Source of the DNA: Sphaerodactylus townsendi
Lineage: Eukaryota
NCBI RefSeq assembly: GCF_021028975.2
Contig: NC_059428.1
Location: forward strand, 151,962,001-152,026,000
Length of the DNA stretch: 64,000 nucleotides
Direction: 5' to 3'
Under the pieces are notes generated by a model. That model searched no databases. It saw nothing but the letters and a program-made list of their open reading frames with translations, and was not told where the DNA came from. Below, piece by piece: positions 1 to 11,588 of the stretch. Each line of letters begins with the position of its first letter. Positions within the stretch are counted from its first letter, which is position 1. The translations under genes were made by a program, and so were the position numbers.

Positions 1-199
1 TGCCAACCATTCACTTCAATCCAATCTCATTAGCTGGGACTTCCCTGATGAATGCCTGCTATACTTTTCCCCGCCGTCCCTTTGCTGCTGCCGAGCCAAG
101 AAGGAGCTGTGAGCGATTCATTTGCTCCGCTTCCTTCACAGACATTGACTTTGCTGTGTCCTCTTCATCCTCCAGGAGAGAGAGAGAGACACTTAAAGA

Positions 200-485
200 G
201 GCAGGCAGTGAACGAGTGCTGGACTCTGATCTGGAGAACTGAGTTTGGTTCCTCACTCCTCTACACGAGCAGCGGACTCTAATCTGGTGAACTGGATTTG
301 TTTCCCGGCTCCTACACATTAAGCCTGCTAGGTGATTTGGGGGTGGTCAGTTCTTCCGAACTATCTCAGCCTCACCCAACTCACAAAGTGTCTGCTGTGA
401 GGAGGGGAAGGGAATGAGTTTGTAAGCCGCTTTGAGACTCTTTATGGTCAGGAAAAGCGGGGTATACATCCAACTCTTCTTCTTC
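200..485 (+). mobile_element. Squam3-type tRNA-derived SINE
   Basis: Degenerate tRNA-like head, shared body and (CTT)n tail. Boundaries approximate. Confidence 0.75.
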
Positions 486-1365
486 ATCTAGGTAGGAAGG
501 TAAGAAGACGGATAGGCAGACAGACATCCTAGGTGCAGAACTGTATATTGTTTTTTAAACCATCATGGGCAGCCTGGCACATCTGTACTTTTCAGCAGGA
601 GGTGTTGTCTGAGAGGTAGAGCTGTTTGCTTACTCCCCCTATTGGGAGCCAGAGGGCCACCCTTTGCAACTGGCAGTAGGAGAAGCAGCTAGGAGGCTGC
701 CTTCCTTTTGCTTTGGGCCCTGCGTTTAAAAGCTCCAGAGGAAAAGACAGAAGGTCACTGTAAGGGATTAGCCCTGTTCTAATCTCATAACCTGACAGGA
801 AGGGGCCAGGAAGGCGAGGGCCCGACAATCTCCTTACGGAGACTGAGATCAGGAGCAGAGGGAAGATGTGGGCGTAGCAGTTCGGCAGGCATTCACAGCC
901 AGCCAGAGGGATGCGACAGGTCAAGCCTTGGAGCGCTGGGTTCAAATCTTTGCTCAGTCATGAAGCTTATTGTGTTCCATTAAGCAGGGGGAATGTATTC
1001 CCACACAGCATAGCTCCCCTTTGCAATGAGGATGAAACGTGTTAAGGCCGGGTTCTACAAACCTTTTTGAATTTCTAGGCACCTCTGTAAGTTTGAGGAG
1101 GGTGGTGAGCTCTGCCCCTAACTTGCTGTGGCAGGAGGCGCATCTCTCTCCTCACACCTCCTGGGATGCAGGAAATCCCACAGGGGGAATGGAACCACAC
1201 AAGGGCAAGGAATCAGGGAAGCTGAGGGCTCCTCCCACTCTTGCTGGTTCCAAATTCGCACTCTGGATTATTGGGAAGCTTTTGGTCTAAGAGTCAGATG
1301 GACCCTTTCCAGCTGAGGTACAGGGGGTGATGATGCTACCCGCAAGAATCCGTTCCCTGGAAGCA

Positions 1366-1440
1366 GAAATTGGCCTTTCTGCAAGGAATAAAACTATCCC
1401 TGGAAATTGGCCTTTCTGCAAGGAATAAAACTATCCCTGG
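1366..1440. repeat. Perfect 37-bp tandem duplication just upstream of a RADIL acceptor
   Basis: GAAATTGGCCTTTCTGCAAGGAATAAAACTATCCCTG occurs twice. Confidence 0.9.
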
Positions 1441-1486
1441 AAGGAGAAGGGTACCCACTTCCTGCCTTTATGTCTCCCCTTTACAG

Positions 1487-4400
1487 ACAGAAACAATCAG
1501 CTGCCAAACTACCCCCCGAGTGGCTTCAGGGACTCCGCCAGCTTCGCTGCCACCAGGAAACTCCCTTGGCCAGGTCAACCACCGGCGACCAATGAGTTGT
1601 GCCGAGCCGAAGGTGGAAAGCGGTCTCCCTGCAGTTGTGGGCACAAATGGATCAGCCCGGGATTACAACCGCTGCGAGACGCAGGTCCAGCAGGTGCACC
1701 TGCAGGCCCCGCAGGGGAAGACCGGTCCCTACCCTGCTGTGATAACAGCCGACCCGTCTTGCTTGCTGACCCCGCCGAACACGCCCCTCACCGTTGACCG
1801 CACAAGCCTCGACTTCACTCCCGAGGGCATCCCTGGGAAACTGGTGGCAGATTCTCGGAGAAACGGGCTCAGCGTCGCCAAAACCACAAGCTCTGAAGGT
1901 AAGCCAAACCACTGTGTGTGTGTGTGTGTGTGTGTGTGTGGATGCGCACGTGTGTGTTAGGATTGGCCTTAACTTTTTTGCCCTGCAGCTGGATATTTAG
2001 GATGAAGGAGTTTGAAGCAACAGTCCGCCCCTGTGGATCAACCTCCCTCCCTTTTCCGTTCAACTCCACAGCTAATCATCCAGGCGCAGGAAAGAGAGCG
2101 GAGAGGAAGAAGAGTAATGGGTTTATACCCCACCTTTCTCTCCTGTAAGGAGACTCAAGGTGGCCTACAAGCTCCTTTCGCTTCCTCTCCCCACAACAGA
2201 CACCTTGTGAGGCAGGTGGGGCCGAGAGAGTTCAGCGAGAACTGTGACTACCCCAAGGTCACCCAGCAGGAGTGCAGAAACACATCTGGTTCACCAGACA
2301 AGCCTCTGCCACTCAGGTGGAAGAGTGGGAAATCGTGTCCCCTTCCTCAATCAGCTCATGACATGTGTGCTGTACACAGGCTTTCTAGAGGAGAGGTGGT
2401 CTTAGTGATTCTGGGACCTGGGGGAAAATGGAATATGGGATCTGAGAATCACTCCGGCACTGCAAGGGGCAGGCTCCTCCCCTGCCTGAATCTTGGGCAT
2501 CATGGGCAATTAGCAGTGACTCTACAGCAACAGGAGCTTCAGGAGAGCAGCTGGGGCAGTTGGCTGCGGAAATCAGCTCCCAGTAGGGGGCCTGAGACAA
2601 CTGCCCCAGATCCCCTGTGGTTAAGACCGCCCCAATGCTCGAGGATTTATATATGTGTAGGAGCAGGGAAACAAATCCAGTTCACCAGATAAGAGTTCGC
2701 TGGTCATGTGGAGGAGTGGGGAATCAAACCCAGTTCTCCAGATTACAGTCCTCCACTCTCAACCACTATACCATGCCGGCTCACAGGGGAACATTCCAGA
2801 ACAGTTGGTGTGTGCCGCTCTGACACCTTATTCTGCTGCATGTGCAAATCCAACTTGGTCTGTAAAGCCTGAAAGGAAGAGGCCCAGTGAGGCAGGATGA
2901 GCGAAGGCCACGGGCAAAGGATTGGCTTGTCCACATTTTGGCCCGGCTCGCAGGACATCTGCAGACAGAATCAATGTTTGCCCATCTTTCAAAGGCGGCC
3001 CCTGTGAAGAATTTGACCGAGGCGACCCGGCTTGCCAAAAGCCGTTGTCCCTCTGCCTCCAAGGCTACAGCTAAGAAATGCAACGTGTTGCAATTTCTGT
3101 CCTCTCCACATCTCTGAGGTGGAAGCAGCTGGGTGGAAGCCCTTGCCAAATTCATCCGAAGCAGCATGAATCTAGCCTCAACGCAGGGCTGGGCTCTGTG
3201 GGTTTTTTTAGAAGCGCCTCCAAACATCCACTAAAAAGATCTGGGGTGGTTTTTTGTGTATTTTTTTTTTGGTTCTCTGTAAGATGCTTGGAGGCTTCCT
3301 CACCCAGAACCAGAGCTCCAGCTAACAGACGTGACCTTTCTCCCATCAAGGATGCAAACTCACCAGAAGTGCTGGATTTAGATGAAGAGAGAGACCCTAG
3401 GCTATTCCGCTTGTGAGGCTCCTCCCAATCCCCCCAACTAGAGGAAGACGGTAGAGTGTTTTAAACAAAACTGAGTAAAGCCGAGGATGGTGATAAGTGT
3501 TTAAAATTCCGCCATTCACGATTCCTTTTCAGAAGGACATGAGACATTATTGTTAAATACTGTGGCAATTGAAAGAAATGCATAAATTAACACCAAACTT
3601 TTGTAAACATTTTGTGGAATAAACATGATTTTTTAGGAAAATGAAAGTTTTACAGCATTATCCCAAAATGGAGTGCAAGGAAAATTACTGAAAGGTTGCT
3701 TAGAGACTGCGGTGCATTATGACAACATGTCAGAAATCCCTAAGACAGTGTCAAAAATACTATACACCTTGGCTTAAGACCTCTTAGATTTTGAGGCTCT
3801 AGGTGTCGACCTGCCAAGCCTAGCGGTAAATCCAGTACTGGTTTGAAAATACAGAGGGTTTGCCATCAAGCCAGATAGGTTCCTCAGTCTGTGTGTCTTA
3901 TCTATGATGTAAGAGCTCTATAAGAAAGAAAGGCAGCTTATAAATACATTTGAAGACCTCGCTGTATTGGTTGGCTGCAGGATGGTTTTTGTGCATCTAA
4001 AATGAACACGATTTTGAAGGCCAGTTTATGCGTGCGTGTGTGTGTGTGCGTGCATGCCCAGAGAAATGTGGGGAAAGGAGCATCGTGTCCATCCCAGAGG
4101 GCCCAAGCTGGAACAAGAACAAAGAGGGACAGCCAAGATTAAGGGGTTGGAACGCATTTCTGATGAGGAAAGGCTGAAGTGTTTGGGACTTTTCAGTTCA
4201 GAAAAGAGATGATCAAGGCGGGGGGAGGGGGGGGAGAGGTTGGGCAGGAACACAACGGAGGCTTCTATAATTATGCACAGGGTAGAAAGAAAGTACGGAG
4301 ATAACTTGATCTCCTTCTCCCTAAATTCTAGAATTCGGGAGCATCCACTGAAGTCTAGCTTTTTACTGGAGTGATTAAAATGTGGAATTCACTGCCAGGG

Positions 4401-7400
4401 GATGCAGTGATGGCCACAGGCATAGAAAACTTTAGAAGGACAAGAGAGATGCATGGAGGAGAGAAGGGACCCTCCACACTCAGAAGCAGACAACCTTTGG
4501 AATCCCAGACCCAGGAGGCAACATCAGGAGAGGGCCTCAGCCTCTTTGCCCTGTTGTTGGACCTCCCAAGGAACTGGTTTCCCATTGTGTGAGATGGGAG
4601 GCTGGAATAGATGGACCACTGGTTCATCTTATGTTTTTATGAGAGTGCTTGTACCCCTCTGCAATCATGGCCCTCCATGGCAGTCAGATTTGGATGGGCA
4701 AAATGGCTTCTTGGAATCACACAGCTCCTGCTTTTTCATGCATGACTGCACATGCATCATCTGGGAGAGGCTGGTTGAGACTTCAGCTAGTACCTGGGAG
4801 GCTGGTTGAGACTTCAGCTAGTACCTGTAGAGAAATGCAAGGAGAGCCCTCAGCAAGCCCACTGTGCAGAGAAGAATCCCGAGGTAAGTGTTCCCTGCGT
4901 AATCAGCCACTGATCGTTGATGCATCTCCTCAGTTTGTTTTCTTCCCGTCTAGCTATTGCAGTTCCAATGCTGGGCAGCTTCAGGTCAGAACTTATTGGA
5001 AGCCTCGTGCTCGTTTCCTAGTTGGTTGTCTGAGGCAGAAATTGAGGCAGCACTTGAGGTGATCTTCTTCCTTCCTCCCTTAGGCACTTCTCCGACCCCC
5101 TATGATTTCCCCACTCCAGCCTCCTCCAGCCGCAGCTCAGCAACCGATGACTTCTGCTACGTCTTCGTGGTGGAGCTGGAAAAGGGACCCATTGGACTGG
5201 GCATGGGGCTGATTGATGGCCTGGTGAGCAGCGCTGTTCCGAACCACACGGTTCCAGTCACCTTTGCCACATTCAGAACAAACTGGCTCCAAGACCCAGC
5301 ACATAGGTCTTGTAGGGGTTCCCTAAACAACTCCCATAAGCACCATGTCTCCCACCAGCAACGACTTCTGATGGGCCACTGGAGATGTGATTGGCTGTTC
5401 AGACTGTATAAAAAAAACTCTTTGGCAGCAGTGGCGGCCACAGGACAAGGATTTTCACTGTGTGGCTGTTGGTAAGCCATGGCAACTATTTTGTGGCTGA
5501 GACCACCGTGTTGCGCAAGAATTCCAAAGGTGCTTGAGGTCTCAAAAAGGCTGAGGATCCCTGATGTAATACATTGACCTCAGCTGTATAAAAGAAGCAT
5601 GCAAGGAAGCCATGGCACTTCTGCGCAACAGATTATTGTCGCTCCGGGATTATAGATTGGCTTCCTACAGCACGCGTGCCCAGTCCCCTTCACATCTCAC
5701 TTCACGGAAGCTAGCCCAAATATTGTTAGCTCAAAAAACCTCTGGTGGGTGAGCTCCATCCACTGCCTATTGTCTTTGGTACTTCATTTTATGGCTGCAG
5801 AATAGGAAGACCAGTTGCTTATTTTAACTTTGGGGGTTTCCAATTTGAGTTTGGGGGGAAGTTTTGTAGGTTGCTGGTTGAGTTGGGCAGAAAGGCAGAC
5901 TATAGAGTTTTCAAAATAATAGCATATGTTGCAGTATTTGACACTTTAACTGTTCCTCGCCACCACCCTCGCCAAAGGCAATGTGGTTTAGCTTGAATTG
6001 TGGAACCAGAGAACGGAATTTCAGCCACCACCCCTCTGCCGCTTTAGTTTGCCCCTCCTTCCCACTATGCCACTGACTCCCATTTCTGCCTTTCACAGCA
6101 CACTCCCTTGAACTCTCCTGGTATCTACATCCGAACCGTGATCCAAGACAGTCCAGCAGCTGCTGATGGCAGGCTCTCCATTGGGGACCGCATCCTGGCC
6201 GTCAATGGCACCAGCCTCATTGGTTCTGACTACCAAAGGTAAAAAAAGAGAAGAGCTAGACAGGTGGTGACCTGGGAGCTCTCTGGATTTACAAGGCTGA
6301 TAAGAGACATGTTGAGGGGGGCATAATTCCAGATGGAATTATATTTGGCTTTCCCGCCTCTGTCCAGCATCAATGGATGTCAAAGTAATTGTGAACTGGC
6401 TTTTTGCCTATGTCTAGGGGACTGCACAACACATTGCATTAACAGTCACAGAATCATAGAGTTGGAAGAGACCACAAGGGCCATCAAGTCCAACCCCCTG
6501 CAATGCAAGAGGGTTGCTTGACACCCGCATGTTCACTGACCAGTAACGAACCACACGTATGTGCAAAATGTCGCACAACAAAGAACCTCAGAGAGAAAAA
6601 GCCTTCCCACCCCCACCAAAACGTATTGTTCTTTAGGAAAATCTGTTCACACATTCAACTGCTCCTAAGAACATAAAAGGAGTCCTACTGGATCCCACTA
6701 GTGGTCCATCTAGTCCAGCATTCCTCTCTCACACCGTGGCCAACAACACTGTTGTTGGAGGGCAAACAATAGGGCATGGAGGCCGAGGCCTTCCCCAGAT
6801 GTTGCTGGCTGGCATTGGCATTTAGAGATTGACTGCCTCTGAACATGGAAGTTCCTTCTTGTCACCATGGCTAGTCTAACCCCCTTTTAAAGCTCACCAT
6901 GCCTGGGGCAATGCATGCTGTAGTGGTTAGGAGCAGGTGGATTCTAATCTGGAGAACTGGGTTTGATTCCCCACTCCTCCACCTGAGTGGCAGAGGCTTA
7001 TCTGGTGAACCAGATGTGTTTCCAGACTCCCACATTCCTGCTGGGTGACTTTGAGCTAGTCACAGTTCTTTGGAACTCTCTCAGCCCCACTTACCTCACA
7101 GGGTGTTTGTTGTGGGGTGAGGAAGGGAAAGGAGCTTGTAAGCCACTTTGTGTCTCCTTAGGGAAGACAAAGGTGGGGTATAAATCCAAACTCTTCTTCT
7201 TCTCCTTCTACAACCACTGACTGCATATTGAGGGTGGAGATGTTAGTGTTGAGACTAAAAACCCAGGTCCGCATCCTGGCTTGTGCCATGGACTGATGCT
7301 GGGTGACTCTAAGCCAGTCTCACAGGCGCAACCTAACCCACCTCACAGGGTTGTTGTGAGGATAACATGGTGGAGGTAAAGACTAGGTAAGCTGCTCTGG

Positions 7401-7623
7401 GGAGAAAAACAGGGTATAAATGAAGTCAATAAATAAATAATGTACATCCTCCTGTGACACCTACTGAAGATTTTCCACACACTTTTTCTCTCCCCCACCC
7501 CCCACCCCCCGCAGTGCTGTGGACCTCATCCGATCAGGAGGGAAGAAGCTGAGGTTTCTAGTGGCCAAATCTGACTTGGAGGTCGCGAAGAAAATCAGCT
7601 TCAATTCTTCTCCTACCCCATGA
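1487..7623 (+). CDS. RADIL: Ras-associating and dilute domain-containing protein, last four coding exons including the C-terminal PDZ domain (5' part outside the window)
   Basis: Exons 1487-1898, 5084-5223, 6099-6238 and 7515-7623, all AG/GT flanked and phase-consistent. Spliced peptide includes SCLLTPPNTPL, SSRSSATDDFCYVFVVELEKGPIGLGMGLIDGLHTPLNSPGIYIRTVIQDSPAAADGRLSIGDRILAVNG and AVDLIRSGGKKLRFLVAKSDLEVAKKI, matching the recalled RADIL C-terminus. Stop TGA at 7621-7623. Confidence 0.93.
2108..2333 (-). mobile_element. Squam3-type SINE, 5'-truncated; a head-half copy lies at about 2640-2781
   Basis: Same body as the other copies (GAACTGTGACTACCCCAAGGTCACCCAGC). Confidence 0.8.
3367..3840. 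mobile_element. Old hAT/Tip100-like element; related pieces at about 25965-26145 and 26913-27246
   Basis: Ends AGTGCTGGATTTA...TAAATCCAGTACTG; internal similarity between 3660-3840 and 25965-26145. No clear TSD. Confidence 0.55.
4090..4640 (+). mobile_element. CR1 LINE 3' fragment
   Basis: Decayed ORF2 C-terminal motifs (EERLK...LFS.EKR, MWNSLP). Confidence 0.7.
6913..7206 (+). mobile_element. Squam3-type SINE, with an older related copy at about 7240-7440
   Basis: A-box TGTAGTGG, B-box-like GGTTTGATTCC, CTT tail. Confidence 0.85.
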
Positions 7624-10151
7624 AGTGCTGTGGTTGAGAAAATGCTCCCGGAGACCCCCCTCCTTCAGATGCGGCAACAACAAGCCAAGCTGGTGGGGCA
7701 GGGATGTGACGAGCCCCGGACATCATGGACACCGCATGGGGTATTGCCTGGTCAGAGCAGCGATGGCAGCTGGTGACCTGGGCAGGTTTTCCGTGAGATG
7801 CGTCCCAGCACAGATCATAAAGTCACTTTTGGAGCAGCGGGTGATGATTGTCACCTTCCGGCAGCCGTTCGTTCATGAGCACAAGGACCTGGACAACCCC
7901 AGCTGCCGTCTTTTTTCCCAGAGGCGCATGTCCTTGCTTGCTGGACATCCAAGGGTCAAGCATCTTAGAATCCCACCCCCCACCCTCCTGGTCATAATGC
8001 ATATCATCTCCTGCTGGACAATGGGGGGGAGTATCCCAAAGTTTTTAAAGGACAGCACAGACTCCCTGTAGATCTATTTCACACTTGCACTTTGGACTTG
8101 CGTACATTATTTTAGCAGTGGGATGTATTAATTTGGATGGGGGGTGGGGTGGGCAGAACCACAGATTCTGCTGTCGAGGTAAGTTGACTTCACATATGTC
8201 TCTCCCCAGTTCCTGGCTTGGAGGCTGGCGCAATCGAACGACCCTTCAGCGCCCTTCTATTTCTAGAGCCAGCTGGAATTGTGGGCTATGTGGAAGTCGA
8301 AGGAACACCTTTGAAAAAAGGTTCATCCGTTCACCTATGGTAAAACAGGGTAGCTTTAGGAGACACACACACACACACACCCCTTGAAATCACAAATGAT
8401 CAAATTATCTCTGAGGGTAGGTTGGGGAGATAAGTAGGCCAATGTCAGCATGTTTTGCATGTTTTCACATCTTCCGAGGACAAAGAGTTCTGTGTTTTTA
8501 AGCGGCCTGACAGGATGCAGCTTTGGAGGGTGATCTCACGAGAGTGTCCAAAGGCCACAAGGACATCTGCCTTGCAGTCTGATAACTTGTTAAATGTGAG
8601 GTGTCTGTGCTGCTTCCCCAGCACAGAGGTGCAGAACTGGGACAAGTTTCACTCGCTGCGTTGTGCCTGCTGATGGAGAGAAAGTTCCTTTGCCTGTCCC
8701 AAAGATCAGAAAGTGGAAAAGATCGACCACCATCCTAAGGGCTAATGTCCAGTTTTCTGGGGTTCTGAGCTGCGGAGATGGGGAGGGGGAATGTGGCAAG
8801 GCATCCCAGGGTGGGCTCAGAAGCGCCTGCTCCCTGCTATGTCTGACCTCCAAACTAAAACGTCCTCCCCCTTTGGAATGGGCAGCTGGTTTAAATTGCC
8901 GACATCCCCGGAGCCAAAAGAATGGCTCAGCTCTTCCAGCCCCGCCACCCGTGCCAAGAGCCACCGTGGCTGAGAAGCTCCTTCGAAAAGCAACAGCTCC
9001 ACCGTGTGGCCCAGAAGGTGATCTTATACCGACTGTGATGCCTCTCCTAGTCGATTTCCAGCTCACTCATTTGTAGAACCGGCCTAGCCAATAGAAGGCG
9101 GCGGGGATGTTCGCTCCACACTTGCCTGACAACAATAACCCAGGCGAAAACCACTCCGCTGCTATCACTTTCCTTCCGGTGGCAGTGACCTCCCCATCCA
9201 CCCACCCCAAAAAACCCCACACACAAACTGGTACAAACTGAGTTATGGTTGTTCTGCAACCAAATTATTCACTAGCCTGACTTTGTCACCACTGAGAGTG
9301 GCTCTTTGCCTCCAGGCCAAGAAAGATGTACACAGCAAGAAGAAAATGAGGCCCCTGAGCCCGAATTTCCTGGCTGTTGATTACTCCGAGCCCCCAGAGG
9401 CAAAGAGGGGCATCTGTCTTGGTCTTGCTAGCCTTAACCAGCTGTTGCAAAAACCTACTCAGGGAAGGCGGGGACTGCTGACAAAATCCTTCGGCATTTG
9501 AACTGGTTCAACTTGTCCCCCGTTTCTTGCTCAACAGAGGCCGCTAGGCCCTGCTTAGGATCAAACCAAGGACTAGTTCAGGGTCCATCCGGGGCTACCT
9601 GGACACACCCAAGCAAGTCCGCAATTGAGGTTTGACTGCCTTTGGCCGACAGCTGAAAGTTTTCTTTAGCTGTTGAACAGCTCCACCCTGCAGGGGTTTT
9701 ATCTACTCCCTGGCTAAGCCCTCTGTGCCAGCTGATGTAACTATATGTGGGGGAAGAGTCACTTGAAGGTCTCAAAGAGTCTGGATACAACTTACACCAG
9801 CATCAACCCAGTATCTCAGGCAGTAGGACCAGACACTAGTTCAAACGATTCCAGAAACGAGATTTTGAGACTACTGGAATTGTGCCAGTTGTTTATAAAT
9901 TCTCATTTCAGGCCCTCCTATCAGTAGGAGACCTCAAGGCTAAGGGCCATCCCTGGCGTTTATCTAAAACCAGAATGCCAGTAGAGATTCCAAACCCTTT
10001 TCTATGTCCCAAGCACCCTTGGCCTAGTTTGGATGAAGGAGGCCTGCTTGCTCTCAGGAGTGAAGAGTGGCAATGACCTTCTAGTTCTTTTTTTATGTTA
10101 ATACTTGCATCTTTAAACTGTATATAGTTACAATATTGCACATGTGTTATA

Positions 10152-10157
10152 AATAAA
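10152..10157 (+). terminator. Probable RADIL polyadenylation signal
   Basis: AATAAA at the end of an AT-rich tract about 2.5 kb after the stop, followed by GT-rich sequence. Confidence 0.55.
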
Positions 10158-11588
10158 TAAGGCCATGAGTATGGAGTTGGTGGGTTCAAACTTCAGCCTT
10201 CCTGTGTCAAAGAACACAGTGGACATAGTACAATTAGCGTCTGTTGTAACAACTCATGGCTGATGTGTTTGATTCTGAAGGGTCAGATTCCACCCACATA
10301 ACAAAATTGAGGGATGGGGGTGGAAAAGGGACACAGATTTTGAATGGTGCCGGAGGTGAAGGTCATTTCCTCCACAGATGCCATTTCTTGATTACTACGA
10401 GAGCCACAATTTTTAAGCTGCCTTAAGACTCCTGGCCCCAATGCTGGAATGAACCAGTGGCTCCCCAGGTTGCTCTCTCTGACGAACCTTTTCCATGTTA
10501 CCCTACCCTGAAACACCTCTGAGTTGCGCTGCTGTGGGTTGGGGGGGGGGGGGACGGTATTCTGTGACCCGCAATTCAGTTCATGCAGAGCTCTGGGAGT
10601 TGGTAATGCGTTAGAGTTCACAGTTGCTCTGTGTGAATTGAGATTGGAGGCACAGTCAATACGCTTTGGGGGCTGCGTGGGGGAAGGGGTGGTCAGGAAT
10701 TACCAAGTGTCTGCTTGGTGGAATGCTTTGTGAAGTGACACCAAGGCCCTGTGGGAATTATTGTAATTTTGCAGGGTCTGTAAACTGGAGCTTATGGTTG
10801 AGGGCTGCAACAGTTTCCAACTAACTGGTCTCCTACCCCCGCCCGCGCTTTCCCCTTGTTTTCCTCTCCCTTTTCCCAGTCTCTTCCCTCCCCCCTTTTC
10901 CCTTTTGCTTTCCCTCTCTCTTCCCCTTTTTCTCTGAATAACACATGAGTCTGGTTTACAAGGCATTTTGAGAATGTACCACCCCTCTGGTTGACTTGAA
11001 TGGCGCAGAGGTGTGGTCAGATTTGACTGTTGCCGGTTTTACGTGGATTGCTGTAAGCCGCCTTGAGCCCATATGGGGAAGGGCAGCCCAGAAGTCGAAC
11101 GAAATAAACGAATTGACACTTTTTCAAGTAGGAAGGGGGCCAGAGCTTATTTTTAGTTTTATCGTGTGGCGCTTTTCGCCCACCTCTCTTCAAACGCTTT
11201 GAGGCCCAGCGGGGAGCAGGAGGAAATAGCTGTAGGAGGAATATTTCACCTGACCCCGCTGGAAGAAAATAAAACAGCCAGATCTTACATCCTTGATACT
11301 TCTAGAGAATTGGGTCACAGTTGGCAGTGAAGGGGAACGCATTCTATTAATTCTGCAAATCAAAGAAGGAGAAGACTTCCATATCCCTGAGACAGAAGCA
11401 GGAGAAAGGAAGGAGGGGAGACCACCCAAGCAATCAGAAAAACTCAAACTGATCCAGTCTTGGAAAGCAATTTGGCTTACATGTTCTGTATCATACCCAA
11501 CCCTATATCATCTTTATCCCTTTCCACTTCCCAAGCATAGACTAACAGTGGTAGCAAAGATGTCCCCACCACCTTCGCCTCCTACCGT

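Noticed and set aside
6913-6990. tRNA-like and 5S-like sequences here and at other SINE heads
   Set aside because: They are SINE heads continuing into shared bodies, not complete RNA genes.
7625-10076. Several 100-160-aa ORFs downstream of the RADIL stop
   Set aside because: They fall in the probable 3' UTR and show no domain signature or splice structure.
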